A DNA stretch of 17,122 nt, taken from contig CAYYWT010000023.1 of assembly GCA_964475435.1 (NCBI GenBank), positions 1 to 17,122 on the forward strand, read 5' to 3'. Numbering within the stretch: position 1 is the stretch's first letter; each line of letters begins with the position of its first letter. Source of the DNA: an uncultured Eubacteriales bacterium. Its GTDB lineage: Bacteria > Bacillota > Clostridia > TANB77 > RGIG9151. Below are positions 1 to 7,443 of the stretch, piece after piece. The notes beneath the pieces were generated by a model. The model was not told the origin of the DNA. It was given only the letters and a program-made list of their open reading frames with translations, and made no database searches. The position numbers were made by a program, and so were the translations under genes.

Positions 1-9
1 CAGAACGAC

Positions 10-51
10 AAAAAAGACTAAAGCCATATGCAAACGCATAAAGCCTTAGCC
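10..51 (-). terminator. Rho-independent terminator downstream of the rel / small-ORF unit
   Basis: On the minus strand, GGCUAAGGCUUUAUGC (plus 36-51) pairs with GCAUAUGGCUUUAGUC (plus 16-31) around a GUUU loop. That gives 15 of 16 pairs, 3 of them G-U wobbles. A U6 run follows (plus 10-15). On the plus strand the wobbles become A-C mismatches, so the element is minus-strand specific. Confidence 0.7.
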
Positions 52-73
52 TTTTTTTATTCACTATTTTCTT

Positions 74-175
74 CTATAACTGGATTACCCCCCCATTTAC
101 ATTATTTACCATTTTAATATCGTACAAACGGCTTGAATTAGCCATTTTACAAACTTCAACTTTTGGTAAAAACAT
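74..175 (-). CDS. Candidate 33-aa small protein (MFLPKVEVCKMANSSRLYDIKMVNNVNGGVIQL), function unknown
   Basis: The ORF is below the track cutoff. ATG at 175-173 follows GGAGGG (plus 183-188) with a 7-nt spacer. TAG stop at 76-74. It lies between the rel stop (267) and the terminator at 10-51. I recognise no family. Confidence 0.35.
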   Translation of the reverse strand: MFLPKVEVCKMANSSRLYDIKMVNNVNGGVIQL

Positions 176-266
176 AGGGTAACCCTCCTCTCTAATTAAA
201 ACTACTCAACTAAATTATCGTCAAAAAGAAGTTTTAAATTAACTAGTAAATAAGAAATATTCACAT

Positions 267-2438
267 CTACTTCTTTCTTCTAACCTCATAAACGCTATCT
301 ACCTTACGAATAGCCTTTATTACCTTGTTTAAATGTTCGATATCAGTAAGCTGAACCTCAACTTGGAACACAGCCACTCTCTCTTGAGTAACACGTGCAT
401 TAATAGCATTAATCTTCCCCTTCGCATCATTAACAGCAGCAGACACCTCTCCGAACAATCCGTTTCTATCGTTTGCAAAAACCTCTATCTCCGCAACATA
501 CTCAGAATCTTTAGCCTTAAACCATTCAACATCAATTAACCTATTTATATCATCAGTATAATTAGTAACATTAGGGCAATCACTCCTGTGAATCGAAACT
601 CCACGCCCCTTAGTAATATAACCCACAATCTCATCGCCAGGTAACGGATTACAACACTTAGACAACCTTACCAAACAATTATCTATACCCTTTACTATAA
701 TTCCACTAGGCGGTGCCTTTCTAATCTTTTTCGCATCATCATTTTTTACATTAACTTCAGGCGGAATTTCCGTCTTTTTCTCTTTGTCATATTCTTCTCT
801 TAACCTTCCGATAATCTTCCCAACCGGAATAGCCCCATAACCAATCGCAGCAAAACAATCATCCAATTTATTAAACGTATACTTATTTAAAAGAATTTCC
901 ACCCATTCCGGTCTAAATAAATCATTAAACTGAAGTCGAAGTCTCTTTAATTCTCTTTCAACAACCTCTTTTCCGCTCTCAACATTCTCATCATATCCTT
1001 CTTTCTTAAACCACTGTATCATCTTAGCACGCGCATTAGCACTCTTTACAATATTAAGCCAATCTCTACTAGGTCCTTTAGAATTAGCAGAAATAATAAT
1101 TTCCACAACATCACCATTTTGTAACTCATATCCTATCGGTACCATCTTATCATTAACCCTTGCTCCAACCATTTTATTACCAATTTCACTATGAACACGA
1201 TAAGCAAAGTCAATAGGAGTAGAATGAACCGGAAGCTGGTAAACATCCCCCTTAGGAGAAAAAACAAAAACATCATCGCTAAATAAATCAAGCTTTAAAC
1301 TATCTAAAAACTCTTTACCATCTTTCGTTTCTTTTTGCCATTCAACAGTACGTCTTATCCAACTCATCTTTTCATCAAAAGAATCCGTCTTATCAGTAGT
1401 CTTTTCTTTATACTTCCAATGAGCAGCAAGTCCATACTCCGCGGTTCTATGCATATCCCAAGTCCTAATTTGAATTTCAAAAGGATGTCCGGTCTTTCCA
1501 ACTAAAGTAGTATGTAAAGACTGATAACCATTAGCCTTAGGCATAGCTATATAATCCTTAAATCTACCCGGAAGAGGTCTATACATCTCATGAACAATTC
1601 CCAAAACTGCATAACAATCCTTTACCGAATTAACAATAACTCTTAATGCGAACAAATCAAAAATCTGATCAATTTCTTTATTCTGTTCCTTCATCTTTCT
1701 ATATATACTATAAAAATGCTTAGGTCTTCCCTCAATATCCGCCTCAATATTCACTTCCGCAAGTTTTACCTTTATAGCCTCAATAATATCCTTAATAAAC
1801 TTTTCTCTCTCATTACGACGCTGAGAAATAGCCTCAACCAATTTATAATAAGCATCAGGATCAATAAACCTTAAACATAAATCTTCAAGTTCCCACTTAA
1901 TAGAATACATACCAAGCCTATGAGCTAAAGGAGCATAAATCTCCAAAGTCTCCTTAGCCTTATCAATTTGCTTTTGCTTGTCCGTATATCCCAAAGTTTT
2001 CATATTATGAAGTCTATCCGCAAGTTTAACAAATATAACTCTTATATCCATAGCCATAGCCATAAACATTTTTCTTAAATTCTCAGCCTGTTGTTCTTCC
2101 TTCGTATTATACGGGATTTTACCAAGTTTCGTAACACCGTTAACCAACGTCGCAATTTCCTCGCCAAATTCCCTTTTTATATCATCATAAGTAACATCTG
2201 TATCTTCAATAACATCATGAAGTAAACCGGCGCAAATAGACGCATCATCTAACTCAAAACTAGTTAAAATAAGCGCAACTTTAGCTGGATGTTTAAAATA
2301 AGGCTCACCGGACTCTCTTAATTGTCCTTCGTGAGCATTTTTAGCAAAATCATATGCTTTTCTAATTAAATTATGATCTTTAGACTTAGAATAAACATTA
2401 ACACGTTCAATTATCTCATCAACTGTAGGAATACCCAT
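267..2438 (-). CDS. rel: Bifunctional (p)ppGpp synthetase/hydrolase, RelA/SpoT (Rel) family
   Basis: The 726-aa ORF shows an HD hydrolase motif (HDVIEDT), the RelA/SpoT synthetase core, then TGS and a C-terminal ACT-like region. The track start at 2447 is a GTG. The ATG at 2438 (MGIPTVDEI...) sits 6 nt after GAGGTG and is the more likely start. Confidence 0.96.
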   Translation of the reverse strand: MGIPTVDEIIERVNVYSKSKDHNLIRKAYDFAKNAHEGQLRESGEPYFKHPAKVALILTSFELDDASICAGLLHDVIEDTDVTYDDIKREFGEEIATLVNGVTKLGKIPYNTKEEQQAENLRKMFMAMAMDIRVIFVKLADRLHNMKTLGYTDKQKQIDKAKETLEIYAPLAHRLGMYSIKWELEDLCLRFIDPDAYYKLVEAISQRRNEREKFIKDIIEAIKVKLAEVNIEADIEGRPKHFYSIYRKMKEQNKEIDQIFDLFALRVIVNSVKDCYAVLGIVHEMYRPLPGRFKDYIAMPKANGYQSLHTTLVGKTGHPFEIQIRTWDMHRTAEYGLAAHWKYKEKTTDKTDSFDEKMSWIRRTVEWQKETKDGKEFLDSLKLDLFSDDVFVFSPKGDVYQLPVHSTPIDFAYRVHSEIGNKMVGARVNDKMVPIGYELQNGDVVEIIISANSKGPSRDWLNIVKSANARAKMIQWFKKEGYDENVESGKEVVERELKRLRLQFNDLFRPEWVEILLNKYTFNKLDDCFAAIGYGAIPVGKIIGRLREEYDKEKKTEIPPEVNVKNDDAKKIRKAPPSGIIVKGIDNCLVRLSKCCNPLPGDEIVGYITKGRGVSIHRSDCPNVTNYTDDINRLIDVEWFKAKDSEYVAEIEVFANDRNGLFGEVSAAVNDAKGKINAINARVTQERVAVFQVEVQLTDIEHLNKVIKAIRKVDSVYEVRRKK

Positions 2439-2566
2439 TAAAAACACCTCTAATATAATATGTCATTTTTTTATAATATTTGCAATATAATTTATCAACC
2501 AAGTAAACTTAAGGTTGCTACTAAGATTTACCATTCAACAAATTTGATTTCGAAAGGAACATAAAC

Positions 2567-3685
2567 ATGAGAAAATATATACCCGCTATTTTTATAGCAA
2601 TACTCTCTATATTTTGCATACTAAATCCACAAAATATGATAAATTCAACAAAATCTTCTCTTACCCTTTGGGCAACAGTAATAGTTCCTTCATTATTTCC
2701 TTTTATGATACTCAGCGACTTAACCCAAAAAACAGCAATTCCATTCATACTAAACAAATTTCTCTCGCCACTAATGAAAATACTTTTTAATCTTCCCGGA
2801 ATTTCATCACTCGCCATTTTTTTAGGAATGACAGGCGGTTACCCAATAGGAGCAAAAATTACATCCGACTTATTAAAAGAAAACTCCATCACTAAAGATG
2901 ATGCAAATCACTTAATAACCTTTGTAAACAATACAGGGCCTTTATTTATGCTAGGAGCCATAGGAATAGGAATATACAAAAATAGTTATGTAGGATTACT
3001 TTTACTCATCTCACATTACACATCTGCAATACTTATCGGCTTTATATGTAAATTTATTAAGTCCAAAAGCGAAATAAAAAACCATAATAACTATCAAATA
3101 TCATTTAACGTAATAAAACTCTCAAATATAGGAAGTATTTTAACCGAAACAATAAAAAAGTCAATTGATACAGTTTTATCAATCGGAGGATTTATAGTTC
3201 TTTTTTCCATAATTTCCTCATTAATAGAGCAAAGTAAAATTTTTTCCTTTATAAAAATTCCGGGACTAACTACCGAAGTTTCGACATCATTTATAACAGG
3301 ACTTCTAGAGGTTACAAATGGAATAAATAAAATAGCAACGGTAAACAATATACCGTTGCTAAATAAGCTAATCATAACATCAATATTAATAGGGTTCGGA
3401 GGAATGAGTATCCACTTTCAAACACTCAGTATAATATGTAATTCACAAATAAGTTTCACAAAATACCTAATCGGAAAAACCGCTCAAGGCATCTTATCCG
3501 GAATAATAACATTCCTTTTATTAAGCTACACCAATTTCGCAAAACTAATTCCACTCAATGTATCCGGTTCATTTGCCATCAATCCAACAGAATTAATACA
3601 AATTCAAAATACATTATTAATATTTTTCATATTTGTAGTAATATTTAAGCTCCTCCAAACACTCTTCCATTATAAACGTCATTAA
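2567..3685 (+). CDS. ylbJ: Sporulation integral membrane protein YlbJ family (nucleoside-recognition/Gate domain membrane protein)
   Basis: The 372-aa protein is polytopic and hydrophobic. The N-terminal LWATVIVPSLFPFMILSDL segment is typical of YlbJ/Gate-domain proteins. RBS GAAAGGAA lies upstream of the ATG at 2567. Confidence 0.8.
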   Translation: MRKYIPAIFIAILSIFCILNPQNMINSTKSSLTLWATVIVPSLFPFMILSDLTQKTAIPFILNKFLSPLMKILFNLPGISSLAIFLGMTGGYPIGAKITSDLLKENSITKDDANHLITFVNNTGPLFMLGAIGIGIYKNSYVGLLLLISHYTSAILIGFICKFIKSKSEIKNHNNYQISFNVIKLSNIGSILTETIKKSIDTVLSIGGFIVLFSIISSLIEQSKIFSFIKIPGLTTEVSTSFITGLLEVTNGINKIATVNNIPLLNKLIITSILIGFGGMSIHFQTLSIICNSQISFTKYLIGKTAQGILSGIITFLLLSYTNFAKLIPLNVSGSFAINPTELIQIQNTLLIFFIFVVIFKLLQTLFHYKRH

Positions 3686-6390
3686 TTACCACAACTACAC
3701 TTTCCGCTTATAGGAACATATCTTCCACAACTACTACACTTACTAGGATAAGCTTCAGCCAAACCGAATACAGTAATCGCCCCCGGCGGATTTCCCAAAA
3801 CAGTTCCCTCTGTTAAAAACGCTTTGCCAACAGACGCATAAGACGCCATCGCATTATTATAATTAGTCTTCTCATCTATATTTCCTGCAAATAAAACAGA
3901 ATTGCCAATTATACTATTTACCTCTTGAGAAACAGAATTATTGTTAATAATATTCGCAAGACCAAGCACTGCATTATTACTATAATCAGTAGTAGTTTTT
4001 ACCGCAGCATATGAAGTATTACCATAGAGCATTTCATCCATACTCTTATTTAAATACAAATGATTATTTAATAAAACTTGAGCAACCGCAGTAGCAAGTT
4101 CAGGCGTATAAGAACATTCACCGTCTACCTTATTAAGTAATATTTTAGCCTGTTCATTAGTAAGCGATACAGTCTTTCCTTTATAACTATACGTTATACC
4201 TTTTCCTTCTTTAAGCAAACTTCTCAATTCATCCGGAGTAATTTTATCATACTTAACATTACTTTCATTTGTTGGCTCGTTATCTTCTTTTGTATACTTA
4301 TCCTCCAATTTATTAGTATCATCAGTAACCGTTGGATATTTACCAAGCACACTACTCTTTGAAGTATCAACATACGGAACACACTTTTCACAAAAATACG
4401 AACCACTATATTTTACAGGTTCAACACACCCATCTGTATCACATAAATGCCAATAACAATACCTCTTTCCATCTACACATCTCTCTCCGCAAAGCGATGT
4501 ATCATCTCCGGAAAATCTTTGAATATTAAACTCACATCTTCTCTCACGTTGAGTTCCTCTAATATTCAAATAATTATAAGCATCAACATTTCGGTGAGAA
4601 AGTGAAAATTGTCTAAAATCTATACAAGTAGCACACCATTTACCATCATTGCAATCAAATACATTAACACCGGTATCTCCACAATTAGGACATTTAGCAA
4701 TATTGAAATTACCATTCTCAGATTTTAATTTATTCTTCCCCATAGCATTATAGCAACTTTCACATATCATCGCATCAGGCTGTATATATGCATAATAAGT
4801 TTGGGTAACTGTTCCATTACAAAAGCTAAATTTCCCTTCACGTTTATCTTTTTCTATTTGTTCTATTATTGTATCTCCGCCATTTGTTGTATATTGTTCA
4901 TAAGGTTGAGTTTTATAAGATTTCACTACCCTACATCCATTCTTATGGGAAGTACAATATTCATTAGCCATACTAACCATATTTTTTTGTTTATCATACT
5001 TTGCTGAATAAGATTCTGAATCTTCTCTCGGAGAATTACAGAAAAACGAATTACACATATGATTAGAACAATAATCCGAATAGCCCCCATCAATAACTGT
5101 AGCATTTCTATTCATATAAATAATCCCTTCATCAACTTGACCAGTATAACGTATTAACTTCGCACCAGAACTAGTATCTGTAATAGCACGTCCCGCAATA
5201 ACCCTTGTACACGTTTGAGGGGCAAAATTTTCTCTGTAATCCGAATGTTCAAGCCATTTCTTACAAGTATGTGCTTCACAAGCAATATACTTATCCCCTT
5301 CAAGTTTTAAATCCGGACATTTTATTCCTTCGTATTCATCAGGTAACGCAACGGGATAATCATAAACAAAACAACAAGAATGTACCGAACAACCTCTAGA
5401 CAAATAAAATTCAGGCACTTCGCCGTAAGTAACATATACATTCAAATTTCCATACCCTGTAGTCATACACCTTTCACAAGTCGAACAAGAATTACAAGCT
5501 AACAAAAATCTATATACCGTTTTCGTTCCTTCTACCAAAGTATCTTCATAAAAGGCTTCGCCTTTTAACGACTTTTTATCAATAGGACTAAAATACTCCA
5601 TTCCGGTTAGCTCCTCTTCAGCCCCAGTCAATTTCGCAGCAGTATGCTTTATATGAGGATTAGAAGTCGAATCAAAAATTTGAAATACCCCGGAATTATA
5701 TAATCTCAACTCTGAATCAACGCTAAAAACTGCCACCCATAAATCAGAACTTGACGGATCAATAGAAGTAACTAAAGCAATGGCAGGAATTCCAACAGGC
5801 ATACCACCACAAACATAATACTCCACCTTACTGTTACTACTTTCTCTAATTTTTTCCTTTTCATAGTTCTCTATAAAACCTAAATAACTACTTTCAGCAT
5901 GCTCACACCATGAAGAATCAGTATATGTCTTTATATTTTTTTCAAACTCATTTTTAGTATATGCTTTATATCTATCATTCGACCAGGAATCTTTATAATT
6001 CGAACACCCTTTTTCATCACACGTAAAACTCCAACCGACCAATTTTTGACTATAATTTTGGATATCCATTCCTTTATGTTCTACTTTAGAATACTTTCCA
6101 TCTTCATTACTAACAAAATCGAGACGACCAGTAATACTATAACCACCTTCTCCGCCATCAATTTCTAAATAATCTTCTCCTCTACAACCATAACTAAAAC
6201 TTTCAAAACCCATACCATTAAAATCTTCAGTAGTAGACGTTAAATATGTATAATCACTTCTACGCTCTGTTAACGTATCTTCCTTATTTTCAGTATTCTT
6301 AGGATCCTTTAAATTAGTATATTCCTCTTTTGCATAACTAAAGTTAAATATAAAACATAACATAAGAAAAGTAGACAAAATTTTTTTCAT
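3682..6390 (-). CDS. Secreted cysteine-rich protein of unknown family (902 aa; multiple CxxC / C-x2-H-x-C metal-knuckle-like motifs)
   Basis: This is the longest ORF in its region. RBS GGAGGG lies 7 nt before the ATG at 6390. There is a Sec-type signal peptide (MKKILSTFLMLCFIFNFSYA|KEEY). I count 43 Cys, of which 32 fall in residues 299-670. I recognise no homology. Confidence 0.85.
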   Translation of the reverse strand: MKKILSTFLMLCFIFNFSYAKEEYTNLKDPKNTENKEDTLTERRSDYTYLTSTTEDFNGMGFESFSYGCRGEDYLEIDGGEGGYSITGRLDFVSNEDGKYSKVEHKGMDIQNYSQKLVGWSFTCDEKGCSNYKDSWSNDRYKAYTKNEFEKNIKTYTDSSWCEHAESSYLGFIENYEKEKIRESSNSKVEYYVCGGMPVGIPAIALVTSIDPSSSDLWVAVFSVDSELRLYNSGVFQIFDSTSNPHIKHTAAKLTGAEEELTGMEYFSPIDKKSLKGEAFYEDTLVEGTKTVYRFLLACNSCSTCERCMTTGYGNLNVYVTYGEVPEFYLSRGCSVHSCCFVYDYPVALPDEYEGIKCPDLKLEGDKYIACEAHTCKKWLEHSDYRENFAPQTCTRVIAGRAITDTSSGAKLIRYTGQVDEGIIYMNRNATVIDGGYSDYCSNHMCNSFFCNSPREDSESYSAKYDKQKNMVSMANEYCTSHKNGCRVVKSYKTQPYEQYTTNGGDTIIEQIEKDKREGKFSFCNGTVTQTYYAYIQPDAMICESCYNAMGKNKLKSENGNFNIAKCPNCGDTGVNVFDCNDGKWCATCIDFRQFSLSHRNVDAYNYLNIRGTQRERRCEFNIQRFSGDDTSLCGERCVDGKRYCYWHLCDTDGCVEPVKYSGSYFCEKCVPYVDTSKSSVLGKYPTVTDDTNKLEDKYTKEDNEPTNESNVKYDKITPDELRSLLKEGKGITYSYKGKTVSLTNEQAKILLNKVDGECSYTPELATAVAQVLLNNHLYLNKSMDEMLYGNTSYAAVKTTTDYSNNAVLGLANIINNNSVSQEVNSIIGNSVLFAGNIDEKTNYNNAMASYASVGKAFLTEGTVLGNPPGAITVFGLAEAYPSKCSSCGRYVPISGKCSCGN

Positions 6391-6423
6391 TTTAATCCCT
6401 CCGCATGGATATTAGATATACTA

Positions 6424-6452
6424 ATTTTAACACATTTTTGGACTTTTTTCAA
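6424..6452 (-). promoter_or_regulatory. SigA-type promoter for the cysteine-rich protein gene
   Basis: The minus strand reads TTGAAA (plus 6447-6452), a 17-nt spacer, then TAAAAT (plus 6424-6429). A TGn extended -10 (TGTGTTAAAAT) precedes the -10. The predicted leader to the ATG at 6390 is about 25-30 nt. Confidence 0.5.
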
Positions 6453-6540
6453 TATATTGTCTACCAATTGTTCCCCAACCCAATACACTACAAAAGGAAA
6501 AATATTCGGTCAAAGAACGGGTTTTTCAGGTAAAAAAATC

Positions 6541-6568
6541 ACTTCCTATTTCAATTTTTCATATACTA
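6541..6568 (+). promoter_or_regulatory. SigK-like (mother-cell late) promoter candidate upstream of dpaB
   Basis: AC at 6541-6542, a 17-nt spacer, then CATATACTA at 6560-6568. This fits the Bacillus SigK consensus AC-N16/17-CATAnnnTA, and spoVF is SigK-dependent in B. subtilis. Caveat: the implied start site would fall almost on the RBS. Confidence 0.35.
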
Positions 6569-6590
6569 TCAATAAAGGAAGGTGAAACTT

Positions 6591-7169
6591 ATGACACTCG
6601 AAGGAAAAAACATAGGACTTGGAATTACCGGATCTTTTTGTAATTTCTCCAAAGTACCGGATATAATACTATCTCTCCAAAAAGCAGGAGCAAACGTTCT
6701 TCCCATCCTTTCATCTCACGTTCAAGTATACGATACCAGATTTAACAACGCAGTAGAATTCCAAGAAAACATAAAAGAATTAACCAAAAATGAACCTGTT
6801 TTAACATTAGTAGATGCTGAACCTGTAGGGCCTAAAAATATGATAGATTTAATGCTAATAGCTCCATGTACAGGAAATACAGTCGCCAAACTCACCTACT
6901 CAATAATAGACGATACCGTTCTCATGGCTACAAAATCTCACCTAAGAAATAACAAACCTGTAGTTTTAGGAATTTCAACAAACGATGCATTAGGGCTAAG
7001 TGCAAAAAACATAGGAACATTACTCGCTACCAAAAACTTCTACTTTGTACCATTCGGTCAAGACGCCCCACTTGCAAAGCCAAATTCACTTACATTTGAC
7101 GTAGAAAAAATTGTCCCGACAATAGAAATGGCATTAGAAGGTAAACAACTTCAGCCAATCTTAAAATAA
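6591..7169 (+). CDS. dpaB: Dipicolinate synthase subunit B (SpoVFB/DpaB, flavoprotein family)
   Basis: GITGSFC flavoprotein N-terminus, VVLGISTNDALGL, PFGQDAP..KPNS and C-terminal QLQPIL all match my recollection of B. subtilis SpoVFB. The track start at 6582 is a GTG inside the RBS AAAGGAAGGTG. The ATG at 6591 (MTLEGKN...) is the likely start. Confidence 0.88.
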   Translation: MTLEGKNIGLGITGSFCNFSKVPDIILSLQKAGANVLPILSSHVQVYDTRFNNAVEFQENIKELTKNEPVLTLVDAEPVGPKNMIDLMLIAPCTGNTVAKLTYSIIDDTVLMATKSHLRNNKPVVLGISTNDALGLSAKNIGTLLATKNFYFVPFGQDAPLAKPNSLTFDVEKIVPTIEMALEGKQLQPILK

Positions 7170-7219
7170 ATTATTTTTCAGACTAAAAGGAGCTACAAAA
7201 TTTCATTTGTCATTAGTAT

Positions 7220-7403
7220 AAAGCACTGTACTTTACCAAGAGAAATAAAAATTGCTTTTTTGTCCCTCTATGTAGTTCATATTTTAAAGCTGTCCAGGAT
7301 GTGAGCGTAAGCTCCGTTCCGTACTTTAACTTAATACTACACTTTCCATACTACACTTTCCACAAAAAATATTTTTGTGAAGCGAGGTACAGTACAGTGA
7401 TTT
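7220..7403. repeat. Imperfect 18-bp inverted repeat pair enclosing about 148 bp of the dpaB/spoIVB convergent intergenic region
   Basis: AAAGCACTGTACTTTACC (7220-7237) pairs with GGTACAGTACAGTGATTT (7386-7403) at 16 of 18 positions. The interior holds a GAGC-GUAA-GCUC hairpin (7302-7313), the tandem repeat below, and an 8-bp A/T palindrome (7361-7379). Confidence 0.6.
7335..7362. repeat. Perfect tandem duplication of a 14-nt unit (TACTACACTTTCCA x2)
   Basis: Read directly from the sequence: 7335-7348 and 7349-7362 are identical. Confidence 0.9.
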
Positions 7404-7443
7404 GTATTTTTTTACAGTTCCTTAATAACATTCTTTACTCTTA

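Noticed and set aside
333-539. The 68-aa plus-strand ORF and similar short track ORFs: 2521-2817(-), 3094-3375(-), 4224-4406(-), 4332-4529(+), 4801-5007(+), 5205-5399(+), 7513-7713(+), 7762-7950(+), 8736-8927(-), 9907-10122(+), 11338-11556(+), 12493-12699(+), 12802-13020(+), 14564-14836(+), 16876-17085(-)
   Set aside because: All lie inside, and mostly antisense to, long ORFs with clear family identity. Their composition is low-complexity and their products are unrecognisable. I treat them as shadow ORFs of AT-rich coding sequence.
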